From Vermamoeba vermiformis (taxonomy: Eukaryota), in NCBI GenBank assembly GCA_045837725.1, contig JBEWZL010000270.1, forward strand, positions 62,001-126,000: DNA of 64,000 nt, written 5' to 3'. The notes below the pieces were generated by a model. That model was not told the origin of the DNA and did not search any database. It saw nothing but the letters and a program-made list of their open reading frames with translations. Positions 49,676 through 63,432 of the stretch are shown piece after piece. Numbering within the stretch: the stretch's first letter is position 1; every line of letters starts with the position of its first letter. A program made the translations under genes and the position numbers.

Positions 49676-52364
49676 ATGTTCTTAGCCGCAGTGCAAATCC
49701 CCAAAGCACTTTACTCCCCAGGTAAGCAAGCTTTCAACACAAAACTTACTAATTTTCTTGATCTACTCGTAACCAAAGGCGTTAGCTACCTTAACAATAA
49801 CGATAGCTTAGTAATACGCTATACATATAAAAGTTATATTTATGAAACTCGTTATCGAGTCAATTAAAGATGTTACAAGAGTTTTAGATGTGACTACTTC
49901 GTACAAAGTATTAATTTATCGATTATAGGAGGTCATTACACGCACGAGGTATCTCCTACTGATACTTTAGCTGGTGTCGCTCTTGTAAGTGTTTTTAGAC
50001 CAGATCTGGCTTTAGTACGAAACAAACTCTAACTCCGATCTTATTTCGATAGGCTTATAATATGCGGGTGGACGAGTTAAAAAGACTTAATAGGCTCTAT
50101 GGGTCTACAGCGATATTTCCAGGCCAGGTAAACCTTTCTCTGCGAAATTATCAATCGAACTTTTTCACTGCCATCGTGATGCTAATTTTCCTTTTTTTGT
50201 TTTTTTCAGCGGCTTAGAGTGCGCGCAAAAACCAATTCGAAACAATGTATTGATGGCATGAACACATCTACATCCAAATCAAGTAAATTATCAAGTAGAG
50301 ATAAGTTCCGAAAGGAAATGAATGAAGATCCGGATCTGAAACCCTCTGCCGGCTCAAAAAAGAAGAAGAGCATTAAAAATAGGCACGATGATATGTTAGC
50401 ACCAGTGGATATTATTCAAGCTTCGGATCATGTCGCCGGGCCCGAAACTGAGACAGATTCGAAGTTCGGAACGGATGCCAATCCCACCAACAAACCAGCG
50501 GGAATAAAAGGTGACGATATTACTAAGAAGTAAGTATATTACTATTGTATATTACTATTTTATTTTAAATTTAAATTCCACCGCCAAGATCTTCAATTTT
50601 CCGAACATTATCTTAATTAAATTCGCCACCCCGATTTTATTCTTTAATAAATACTAATACCTTAAACATAAATAGATTAAGCAAAAAATACAAGTTATTC
50701 AAGAAAAGGTGAGTCTGGAAGCTGGATCCACATCCGAAGCAATCGCGATATTTTTAGAAATATCTTTGATATTTCATTGAAATCAAATTAATTTGTCGTC
50801 AATCGCCACTGGAGTTGCCGCTAGTGCACTAGTCCACAAGTAACTAACTCTTAACCTCGATCAGGCTCAACATAAAGAAAAATGTAGCAACGACTAAAGT
50901 TCTTGAAGACGGAGCTCCAAGCCCTGCTCTTGATATGAAACGCAGCTCGGATAAGAAGTCCAAGAATAAGAGCAAGAAATCGAAGGCGAAGGATAAAAGT
51001 GAAATCAAATCCAACGAAATAGCGAATCTGACGATAACACAAAAAGAAGTTTTCAAAACAAGAGCACAACTAGTATACCACACTAACGAAGTATACGTCT
51101 CTGGCGACATCACCATCGCCATGGGCAATGTCAGCTTTGAACCAGATCTCGATAACTGCTACGTTCAAAAATTCGGATGTGCCATGCTGACCGTTAGCTT
51201 TGCGCTCGAAGATGTTATTAAATGCGATGAAATCATCGATGATATGCGCATGGATTATGATAAGGGTACGTGCTAACCTCTAATATCCGAGATCTCAATC
51301 CTAAACAAATCTGCTTTTAGAGAAGGAACGATTGTTGTGTATCGAGTTGAAGCCTTTAGAAGGTCAATTAATGATGCAAACTAGAACATCTTTAGAGTTC
51401 TTAATACCTACTGATAAGTACGTAACGAATTTAAACGGTTTTACCATCAGATCTAATTTCAGTACTTTTAGATTCACTGAATGTTTGACTCTATTACGAG
51501 GATCTGTTAATACTAATGCACAGCAGCAAAATAACAATAATGATGGCCTCGCACACTCAGCTGAGTCATTAACAGTAAGTTTTAAAAACTCCATCCGACT
51601 TTTCGGATCCGTTACTAACCTTTAAATGCTTTTCTAGCGGTCATTTATGTCACCTACGGCACTTCCTATCCTTAAACAAGAGTCCCTATTGATAAGTTTA
51701 GAATGCGCACGAAAGGTAATGAAATTGAATTTATCCTCGTAGATCTCGAATTCTGATTATTTGTTGTTTTTATAGCTTGCGCGATTTTTCCCTAATAGAC
51801 ATCGATGCGACGATTGGGTGCAGCTATATACGAGCACTAAACACGGGTTCAGTTGGCGCACTTTGTACTCCAAGATCAGGAAAGCAGTTCCGACAATTTT
51901 AATATTCAAAGATCGCAACGGATACGTAAGTCCATATAATAGTGTTACTAGTGTTATATGCATTATATATAGTGTATTAACAGCTACTTTTTAGACGTTT
52001 GGAGCCTTCGTAGCGCATCAGTGGCAAAAAGGCCCGAACTTTTATGGCAATGGCGAGACGTTCTTATTCTCGCTGGTGCCTAATTTCGGAGTCTATAAAT
52101 GGACTGAAAAGAATTCATTTTTCGTTACTTCGTCGGATTCGCACTTCGCTTTTGGCGGATGGTAAGTTGGATTTGCAACCTTGATCTCACCTAGGAAGCC
52201 TTGATTTTGATTCTCATATTTATAGCGAGTTTGGTCTATATTTAGACGATGAACTTTGCAGTGGCAGCTCATACAGATCTGATACGTACTTTAATCGGTG
52301 TTTGGCATCCGAAGAAGAGTTTCAATGTGTCGCTGTTGAAGCTTGGACGCTGCAATCTAAATAA
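49676..52364 (+). CDS. LysM plus TLDc protein (OXR1/NCOA7-like)
   Basis: LysM YTHEVSPTDTLAGVALAYNMRVDELKRLNRL..IFPGQRL; TLDc WVQLYTSTKHGFSWRTLY, FGAF, FYGNGETFLF, FGLYLDDEL..G.S..SDTYFNRCL..EAW. Confidence 0.85.
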
Positions 52365-52546
52365 TAACCGACAAATACTATTTAATATTGTACATAGATG
52401 TAAATAAACAATCAATTCTCCGTAGTACGAGCAATATTTTTATCAAATTTAAAAATTGCCAAATAAAGGCACTCGCGATGGGTATTGATCCACGACCTGA
52501 CTCCATTGCAGCACCACAAACCATATATTAATTATTCAAGCAAATT

Positions 52547-55090
52547 ATGGCTACTAATATTGCAGGAACTGTAGCTGATCTGCGTCGAGCTTTCAATACC
52601 GGCAAAACTAAAGATCTCGCGTGGAGAAAGCAACAATTACGCCAATTAATCAAACTTATTGAAGAGAACGAGAAAGAGGTAAATTAAATATTAATTGAAC
52701 TTTACTGCCGATAACGAGCCGACTAAAGCGGATCCCGTATTTATTTCCGCCTCCGTTTGCCCAAACGCCACAATTTATTAATTTTAATGTATCATGTTAA
52801 TATTAATCAAAATATTTGCTCGGTTTGAAAACATAATTTCGGGCCGAGTGTCGTGTTAATAATTTTTCCGTCATTTAGCTCGTGGATGCGTTGCACAAGG
52901 ATTTATCTACCCCTCGCATTCAAATATCAATCGTTGATGCTAGTGCCGTCATTTCTGACGCTGAAGAAGTCATCGAAAATATCGATCGTTGGAACAAACC
53001 CAAATCTGTCTCATTGCCACTCACTAGTCAGGTAAAATACAGTAAATTCGAAGAAAAATCACGCTAATTTAAATCTTTTCTTAGCCTGCAAAGGGTTATT
53101 TTGTCAGGTAAGGCACATCTGAAAAAATACCGTTGAGAATTTTATTTTCTAATCTCTTCCATATTAGAGAGCCATTTGGTGTGTCTTTAATTATAGGCGC
53201 ATGGAATTTCCCTATTCAACTCCTCGGCGTGCCTCTCGTCGGTAATTAAAATAATAATTCTTAATTTAGATTTCGGATTACGAACACGAACACAAATAAC
53301 CATAGATTTCGTACGCAGGCGCTATTGCTGGTGGAAATTGCGTTCTTTTGAAGCCTTCTGAAGTCGCTGTTAATGCTAGCGCCTTTTGGGCCAAATACGT
53401 TCCAAAGTAAGTCTCGAAAAACTTCAGTGTAGATCCACCGTCAAAAATGATGTGTGGATTCGCTTATAATGAAATATTAATACTATAACATAATTGATTT
53501 ATATGATTTGAATCTTAAACGTATTCCGCCTTAAAGAGAGTAAGTGTTAATCTATAGTATGCTTTAGGTACATGGACAACGAGTGCATCAAAGTGATAGA
53601 AGGTGGTGTCACTGAAACAACTGAAATTTTAAAGCAAAAGTTCGATATCATTCTCTACACGGGCAACTCGATGGTCGGCAAGATTGTTCAAAGAGCTGCT
53701 TCCGAACACTTGACTCCAGGTAACTTTTTTGAAGTACTATAATGATCTTTACCACTACTTATTATAGAAATATAACTGGCCCGGGACCTAATATTATAAT
53801 ACAAAATATGACATATTTTGATAAATTACGTACCGAAAGCAAGTGTCAAAAAGTGACACGCGTCACCGACAAAATTTATTCGCTTACTAAATCAATCTCG
53901 TCAATAGTTATTCTCGAGCTTGGTGGCAAGAACCCGTGCATCGTTAGTGAAGACTGTACTGCACTCGAAGTTGCTGCCTCTCGTATCTGTTGGTAAGTCC
54001 TCCAACCCTCGCGAACCACCACTTTTCACCGAAAATTTCTTGATGTGGTTCTTTCTAAAAGATCTCGGAGTAATAACAATTTCTTAGGGGCAAGTTCTTG
54101 AACGTCGGACAAATTTGCTTGTCGCCGGATTCAATCTACATTCATGAACGACATTACGACAAGCTGATCGAGCTGTTCAAGAAGAAAATTCACGAGTTCT
54201 TCGGCGACGATCCTGCGACGAGCATCGATTACTCTCGTATTATTAATGAACGACATGTCGATAGAGTTGCAAAGCTCTTGGAAGGTCAAAAAATCATTCA
54301 CGGTGGCAAAGTAGACAAACAAAACAGATACGTAAGTACACCAATATTACCATAAAAGGAAATATCAAACTTATTCTATATATAGATCGAGCCTACAATC
54401 GTTGAAAGTGCTCCGAAAGATAGTGCCATTTGCCAAGAAGAAATTTTCGGTCCTGTGATGAACTTGATCAAGTACTCGAACCTCGATGACGTGCTTAAAG
54501 AGATTCAAACGAAGCCCAAACCACTCGCATTCTATTTGTTCTCGAACAACCAAAAGACTATCAACAAGGTCGTCCGAGAGACTACTTCGGGTGGCTTTTG
54601 CGTTAACGACGTCGTGCGTAGCAAAATATGACACTTTGACACTTCAAAAATTTTCATCGCAATTGAAAATTTTGTACTTTATCGAGTAATGATGTAACTA
54701 ATGATACATTTTCTCTATTAGTTGCTGCAAGGTCAAGTCGCAGTTCCTCTCGGCGGTGTGGGTGAATCAGGCATGGGCAGCTATCACGGCAAATACTCGT
54801 TCAAAGCCTTCACGCACAGAAAGACAGTCGTTGAACGAAGCACATCAATGGACCCTGCCGTTCGTTATCGTAAGTAATTTTTGTGACATTTTGACACTTT
54901 TGACACCTGTCACTAACTCACGCTTGCAGCTCCGTACAACGATACCAAGTTCAAGCTGTTTTCATTCTTTACGTTCAAAGCCCACAAGATCGCTAAGAAA
55001 GTGGCGCAGTTGAAGTACGTGGTGCTCATTGTGGGCTTGTCGTATTTGACCAACTACCTCCTGAACAACTACACGATTAATCACAAATAA
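52547..55090 (+). CDS. Fatty aldehyde dehydrogenase, ALDH3 family
   Basis: [79 protein letters not shown], hydrophobic C-terminal tail. Confidence 0.92.
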
Positions 55091-55454
55091 GAATAGAATC
55101 ATTTGATATGATCTTTTGTTTATAAAATTACCCTTCTACTACTTGTCAACAAGCACCGAGTCATCGTGCACGGATACTTTCATTCGTACTTAGCAAGGAA
55201 AGAGCTGATGTTGACTAGCTTTTTTTTCTAAAAATCAATGGGACTTCCTAACCAGCAAAGATCCGTGTGCACAGGAGGGGCAACTATGTTTTTACCATTT
55301 GGCTACGTATTGTTTAAAATAAAGCCACAAATCTTACGAAAAAATTGGAACGAAAATAATCGAACAATTGGATCTAAAACCATTATCAACCAATTAAAGG
55401 CATTTGAAACACAATAGATATTAATCTATAGAATTGTAAAGATTCGACATCGTT

Positions 55455-57898
55455 ATGGAGCACATACCGTTGGATGTATCTTTAAACATTTTCTCCAGAT
55501 TAGAGTTTTCAGATCGGATGAATCTTCTCAAGTAAATTGGCAAAAATAATCGTAATAATTTTCTTAGGATTTAAATAGAGTTTCAAAGCAAGTGAATGAA
55601 ATTGTGAGAGATGTGGTTTCAGTTGGCAACAGAAATTCATTAGATGGAATTATAATTGGACTTCCGAAAGCAGGTAATATACCGTCGTGAATATTCAATT
55701 TTATTTAATTAATAATTACTAATTAGTAATTTATTTTTTTCAGGATCTACAACCGTTTTTTGGCAGTTAGTAAATCAGAAAAAAGATCAATTCGACAATA
55801 GGCTCAATAAAAGCGTTAATATCTCCAATACTCCCGATATTGATACAACGAAGCAAGGTACCATTCAAAGATTTATGAGTTAAAAATATCTTTACAATTT
55901 CCTTTTAGGCTTACATTATCTGCGCCGCATTTCACTCAGTAATGAAGGACGAACAGCGATATTATTTCATGGCTCGTCTAAAAGTCCTACGAACAAGAAT
56001 ATGTATCCCTACTACGGTTTGGTAAGACCTCACAGATCCGAAAACTATATTAGTATCAATTATACTGATTTTTATTATCATTTTTAGGCCCAAGCTATTG
56101 TTATTGTTATTCCCGCGCAAATTGGCTCCGATTTCGCCGCGTTTAAAAAAAGTTTGAAACAGCTGCTGATGCCCGTCTTCGCGCTATGCGGACACATGAA
56201 CTGGATATTTGCGATCAACAAAATGGACTTGATTGAGTATAGCGAGGCAGGTACGTATAATTTTCATTAATGCCAAGCTCTAAATTATTGACTGTAACGA
56301 TTTTCGTTGATCCAAAGTGTTAGGGTCAAAAAAAACAAAATGACACGTGTCAACATTTATTTTTCACCAGTTGCCCATTTCAATATTGTGAACCATAGTT
56401 ATACAGTTCCAATAGTAGAATGCCTTGATAGTTTAAGACGACACGTGTCACTTATTCGATCTGGATCTAACTCGTGAGCATTTTAGCGTTCAATGAAGTT
56501 GTCACTATTGTCACTCAAGTCTGCCAGCAATTGAGTCAAAATATCGTGGACAAAGTCAGTTTTATTCCGATCTCTGCCACTCATTCGCAAAATCTATTCG
56601 AGAATATTTCCAAAAATGGAAATAACGACGTCCTGGCATGGTACAAAGGCCCTTCAGTGCTGCAAAAATTGACCGAAATTTCGTACACGGTGCAAATGCC
56701 GGCGTCTAAATTTGACAACGCGAATTCCAGCGTGGTAATTTTACGTTACAAATCGCTCGAAAATACAAAAAATATAGTGATACTTGCAAAAACTCAAAGT
56801 TATTTGGTCTATGGATACATTACTCGTACGTCAAACACTTTGAAAAATGCTTATTCAAAATTCTCAGAATTAATTTAATTCTCAGAGGGCGCCATTGCCG
56901 TTGGCGACACGTTGTATTTGAAACCAAATTACTACAAGATGGTAACTTGCAAAAGAGCCGCGCCGAATAGCTATCCAATTCCCGTTAAAGTGCTATCAAT
57001 TAAGTACTTCGATAAGGAACGTAAAGAGGCATTAGTAGGGTAAATATTATTGCACTCATTTCGGTTGATAAAATTCAGTTGGATCGGATCTTCGCTTAAT
57101 TTTTTTATTATTAATTTAATATTTAACCTCATATTGTATGCTATGCAAAACAATTAATTTATTGTTGGTAGGACCTTTGTAGGCCTTCACATCCAGTTCG
57201 AATGTGAAAAGTACATCAAACAGTTTACTCGTTTGAATTATTATCAATATTTAGGCCTGCTAGACCACTTTATGATGCCGGTACGCCTTTACATCTCCAA
57301 TTATTACGTACTTATTTTTTTCAATCAGATCTACCATAGTTTATCAACCACCAAATTGGAAAAGAGTCCTATTCGTATTGCCACCGATCTCATCGTTGTA
57401 GCTTCAAAATCCGGTCATTGGGATGGAAAATTAAAGATCGTAAGCGACCTACCTACCTTAATTTTAATATATATTAAATTAACTCTGTTACTTTCATAGG
57501 GAACGACAGCAGGATTTTATTCGTACATTGCACGAGCTCACTGTAAAATTACTGAAATCGAATCCAGCACTGACGCCAAGGGCGAAAATTTCGTAGAAAA
57601 ACCTTCTTTCATTACAAAAGGTACAATTTTCATACTGCTCATTCGAGAAATAATATTAAGTGTCCTTAAATATTCTAACTGATTATTATTGTTAGGACAA
57701 CGAGCTCGAGTCGTACTGTCATTTTCAACGCCTTGCAAAGTTCGCGTGCATAAAAAAGACGGCACTGGTGAAGGCAGACTGTTGCTCGTGATGCACAACA
57801 AAGTGGTGGCTATTGGCGTCATAACGCGCATTGACCGATATGGAATTGACTCTGATGATTATTGGGCTAATCATAATGTGCTCCATATAGCCGTCTAA
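55455..57898 (+). CDS. F-box plus degenerate eEF1A/eRF3/HBS1-family GTPase fold
   Basis: F-box MEHIPLDVSLNIFSRL..LLKVSK; IIIGLPKAGSTT (G1 lacking Lys), HGSS in place of DAPG, KNM, INKMD, FIPISA, WYKGP, domain II YGYITQGAIAVGD, domain III GRLLL..KVVAIGVI. Confidence 0.75.
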
Positions 57899-58096
57899 TA
57901 TAGTCTCTGCATTATTAATATGTACCCTAGACATTATTATTTAACGCATGATATTTCATTGAAACTAAAATATTCGCCAAGTTCAATCGGGATCCGGATA
58001 TGGCGGCTTAGTAAACAATCTGATAACATCGAAGATTTTAATTTTTTTGCGTCCATTTTACCAGCAAAACGATAAACCCTTATAAACCAATCTAAT

Positions 58097-60584
58097 CTAA
58101 TGCGCTTTGGTCAAGAAAAACTGATCCTTAAACCTGTTGTCCGATGAGGTGTAAAAGCTGCATTCAAGAACAGTGCTATTCCACGCAGTGCATGCATTGT
58201 AGCCTAATAATTATCGTCAATGAAAATTTCAAAGCAGATCTCGTTCTTGTCGCGTACCCCAGTCTGAAATTCTCATGGCAGAATATGAAGGAGGATTTTG
58301 GATGAAATCAGTTGTGCCTTCTCTGTTACCTCCAGCACCATTAACGAGGTAAATAGGAGTCCTATCAGAAAATGATTTAGTGGTCTTGATGCAGATCCGG
58401 ATCAGTTCTTAGCGCTTACTTTGGATAATAGTAGCTATCGCCAACTTGCTTATTCTTATAAACAGGAAGGTTCCTTTCATAGCCTTTGGCAGCAAGGATT
58501 AATATCAGTAATTGTAAGGGGCATAGCCTAAATACATACTATGCTTGTGGGCTGAAAACACCACATCCACGTCGTACTTCATGAACAAATCTTCGAGTTT
58601 ATCGAGCAAATATTGAGCGTATTGGCCGCAGTCTTCGCCAGGATTAGAACAGTAGAAAGGTCTGTGACCGTAGACGACAATCCAGGGTCGATTTTTTCTG
58701 TTCGCAGCAGCCTTTTGGAGGTCTTGTTTCACCCAATCAAGCTGTTTCCTAAAAAGGAAAAACAGGTTAGTAAACTATAGCCGACACCTACTAAAGATTA
58801 AGCTATATTTCGAAACTTACTGAGTTAATAGAGGCACGTTCATGACGCTCTCAGTGTCGAGGGCGATGAAGTGGAACAAACCGTGATCGAAACTATAGAA
58901 GAAATTCGCGTAGAGATTGTCAAGATTGTCTGCAAATACTGAAGACACGCCCATCACACTTTCAAATCGTGAATTTCTGAAGGGGGAGAGGTAACGCTTG
59001 CTGAGGGCAGTTTTTTTGTTAGCCTCAAGTGGCATCAAAAATCTGTGCTCGAAGGTCGAATCATTAAATAACGTTGTTATAGCGACTTCATGGTTGCCAG
59101 GCGTGACCTAAAAATAGAACTTTAGCAAGATTTCCTTTTATAGTAAGTGAGGTACGGCAATCGCAACATACCATGTAAGGCATGTTGGCGGTAATTGTTT
59201 GAATTTGTCTCATGAACAAGTCCATTCGTCTTTGAATACCATCGCTAAAATAAATATCGTTAATATTGCCTATTATGGTAAAGACGAACGTACGCGTAAG
59301 AGATATCACCGTTATGAAGCAAAACAGTCGCTTTCTTCGACAACGCTAAACACCATCGTTAGTACTATAATAACCTTTATATTAATATGCATACCATATT
59401 CTTCGAGAATCTTGATTGTGTTAGGAGCTTCTGGATCTGCACCCATGTCACCAATCATCAAAAATGTTTGAGGCACTTGTGCGTAATCAGTATAATTATC
59501 GCTATACGTAGTGAATGAATATACATCGCTCCATCCTAATGTAATCCAATCAGTATTGAATTGCTTAAGCAGCGGATCCAATCATTTCGCTTACCATGAA
59601 CGGTACCACCCACGCGATAGTAGTAAGTGGTGAAAGGCTTTAAGTTGTTCAATACTGCGTCATGGACCCATCCTTGCCAACCACCATAAGTAAAGGTCTA
59701 AATAAAGCTAATTAAAATTCAAAATAATTTCGATTTTTCGGAGGAAGAATCCTGGTTAGTTTTAATTATAATTAATTTTAATAGTAAACAAGCTTACGTG
59801 GAAGTCACTTTGAACGGAGTTAGTTAATGCGTCTTTGCTCAAGCCATATTGCAAGGAAGAGTCAGCAGTGTCGGATGCGACCCAAGTTACGACCATCTGA
59901 GAGGCATCACCAGTTAAGGCAAGGTGAACTTGCTCGGGCTTAGATGAATCGCAGCACTATAATATTACGATTACTATCAAATGAGGAGAGTTATCGGTGT
60001 AGCGTGGATTTACCTGGTAATGGCATTTGTTGAAAACAGCACAAACGGCGTAAGGAGTATATTCATCCTTTTTCATCCAATATGCAATCATCGGAATAGC
60101 GTTAGCGATTTGACTCGCATAATTGTAGCACTAGAATGCAGAATTTTGATCAGCTAATCCGAAATCCGGTTGAAAAAACGATTTAAATATTACCCTTCCT
60201 TGTAAAGCGCTTGGCAACTTCGAGCAAATAATATCAAGATCCTGTTGCACGATTTTATCCACTCCATTAATACTCAAAAAATCAATAACTGCTGTAGACA
60301 CAAGTTGGCACGTTGAGCATTCATCAAATAGTGCTTCTATAACATTACTCGTTAATTAACACTATACTACAGTTATTAAACAAGCTTAAATCATTTCGTA
60401 ATTGTTTTTTCAAAGTTGCATCCGCTCTCGTGACACGTCAGCGGTTTTATGTATGACCCATTATAATATTAAATGATTTTATTCTAGTTTGTGTATTAAA
60501 TGCTTTACCTTGCGCTGCTTCGCTGGAGAAGGCAGATCCAACAAAGAGACCAAATGCCAACACCACGAATAAAATAAGCCTCAT
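58097..60584 (-). CDS. Secreted purple acid phosphatase with an N-terminal saposin-like domain
   Basis: Signal peptide MRLILFVVLAF; saposin-like CSTCQLV..C..C..P.AVC..C; PEQVHLAL..MVVTW; GDMG, GDISY, GNHE, YGHRP, AHKH motifs. Confidence 0.85.
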
Positions 60585-60812
60585 TTGTAATTGTTGCACT
60601 GGTGGTATTGGCAAGTATAAAATAGTATTGAAAGTGGGCCAGAATTTTTAGTTTTGACAAACCAACAGAACTGAATTGTACGAATCATTTTCCGAACGTT
60701 CTGTGAATCAAATTCTTCGTCATTTCTATGCATCATAATCTCCGTAGTTGTTAATTATCTTTACAACTTGGTTACAAGCTTACATTTACACGTGTCATTA
60801 TTATCCTAAATT

Positions 60813-63013
60813 TTAGTCCTTTTTCTTCAGATCTTTGTTTTCCTTATTATCCTTATCTTTATCGTGGTTCTCAGTATCTTGACTAGCGCTCACCATTAAC
60901 TTGGCATTCGTAAAGTCCAATATCAGAACATCGTTCATGCGGTGTTTAATGCCGTAGCCGCCGAATATGTAGATTTTAGAGCCCACTGTGGACGCTGTGT
61001 GCGCGTGTCTAGGCATGGCTGGCTTGCCTTTAATATGACAGTGGTACCATTTATGCGAATCTGTCGGAGAAAAAGTGTCAGCAAAACCATGAGACACGTG
61101 GATCTGCACTCGATTTTGGCTCGTGACAATGACTTACCCAAGTCTAACAATGTAACATCGTTAAAGTGCTCTTCGCCTTTACCACCAAACACGACTAAAT
61201 ACTCGTGTTCCTCGAGTGTCAACTGAGTTACAGCGTGCATAGTGCGACCTCTTGGCTCGGCACCAGTGGCAAGAATCTCAGGGCCGAACTCCATTGAATC
61301 TATTAATTTTTCGTTAAATAAGCTCTCTTAGATTAGAAATAATCCTATTGAAGGAATAGCAAAGCGAATTATGTGAGATCCGTTTGGTCAGATCCAAATT
61401 CCGAAAATGAAACTCGGTAATTAAGCTACTTATTAAAATTATTATGGTTATAATACGTACCAGCATCAAGCACATAAATGTCATTGAAATGGTGGTTCTC
61501 TTCGTCGCTTTCGCCAGCGAACAAATAGATGCGATTATTGTGGCTATAGCACGTGTGGAAATATCGCTTTAAGAACGGAACTGACGAGAAACTAATTGAA
61601 CTCCATTTGTTCTCTTCAGTATCGAACACAAATCCATCGCCAAACTTCCGCTGCTTATCGGCACCTCCAAAAATAAATAACTTGGTGCCAACCACGCAAG
61701 AGGTGTGGTAAGCACGTGGTGCAGGGGCTGTTCCGTGTACTTCTGGTCGACTCCATTTACGATCCACTATTATAAGAAATAATTAGAATATGAATCATTA
61801 AGAAAAAAGAGATTCAGAAACGTACCGATATCGAATACGTGCAAATCGTTCAAACAATGCGTCTGCGTTGAATCCAGACCACCAAAAATGTACACTTTGT
61901 TGCCTACAGCATCAGCAGAGTGACCTATGAATTTGACGATGAGTTTTCGGTCTAAACCGAAAACGGACTCGAAAAAGTATTCCATGGGAACGCTTTGAAT
62001 GTTTTAAATGTCATACGCACCAAATCGAGGAATAGGAAAATCGGCTTTATGAGAGTGATGCTTCGCTCGTTTCCAAGTCTTACGGCCTAATAAAAATTGA
62101 TTAGCAATGTTTCAGCTAACTTCAACTGGGCTATTACAGCCTCTTATTTACGTATAACGCATTAATTTATGTATTGACTATTAAAATAAACGTGCTCGGT
62201 ATTTGCGGAAGAAGGGAATTGGACTCAGCTTACTTGTATTCAGGACGTGGAAATCACCAAAACACGGTTGTTGCTCGATAGGCTCTGCGTGACCTCCGAA
62301 AATATACACTTTGTGTCCAATGACCGCTGAAGCGTGCGCTGAGCGAGGCTTGGGTACGTGGCCGTTTGGCGCACCTTTGTTCTTCAAATTGAAATGACGA
62401 AAGACTGGATATAGAGAAAATTAGTGTCTAAAATAATGATAAAGCCATACAAAATATTAGAAAAATTCTTTATGCTGTCCCACAGGAGTTCCACTCAGCT
62501 TTTTCGGACTTTTTTTACTGAAATTTCGATCGTTATTTTTGAAACTCTTGGTTTAGTCCTTATTAAGACCAATACACGACAACATGTGCGACATTATTGC
62601 TTAATATGTCTAATCAAGTTGATTTGGATATAAAAAAGCGCACATAATAGGAGGATCCTCCGAAAATTATTTATAAATTTTGATTTACCTGCATTAAATA
62701 CTTCGCTTTGGCCCGCAGTACTACCAGTAGAGGCACCAAGATCTTCTGCTTCGGTCAGTGCTTCTCCTTCAGACTCTGAATCCGAAGAATGCTTCTTGTC
62801 TTTGCTTTTTGTTCTACGTGGTGTAGAAGGACTCTTCGATTTGGGAGAGGTTGATTTGCGTGCTGAGTCTTTTTTATGTAATTTTTTGGGGCTGTCAGGC
62901 TCTTCGTTTGGTTTAACCGTCTGATCCCCGGCAGCAGGAGGCTCATCTGCCTTTCTATTATGTTCTTCGGTCGGAAGCTTTTCTACAACAACGTCTCCTA
63001 AGTTATCGCTCAT
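60813..63013 (-). CDS. Kelch-repeat protein (RABEPK-like repeats) with a charged N-terminus
   Basis: Repeated P.PR..H....G.K..IFGG units in successive exons. Confidence 0.85.
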
Positions 63014-63432
63014 GCTGATTGTTACAAAAAGATACGTAAATAGCTAATCCAAATAGTATAACTGTTTGTCACAACAGTTCAAAATTAACAATGAGACGAT
63101 GTGGTGCTCAAAGTGATCGTTAGGAAAAATGGAACGAAAATCAGAACCGATTAATTTTTGCGCACCCCCAAAAATGTGCTCGTTCTGTGAATAAGAAAAC
63201 AGATTTTTTTCGTTTGAGCGACGAGATCTCCGTAGTTCTTACTGACCAACAACTCCGAAGAGCATTCTCGAAACATTATACGTAATATTAATATTCCTAC
63301 TTCCAGGGAAGCTTCCAGTCAATTTCCGTAGTAACATTACTCCGAGGATCGCGGGTCTGCTTGTTCATTTCTCGTCTTAGCTTAATTACTTTAATATTTA
63401 TTATCGTATTTTACAGTATTTTTTGCCAATTT

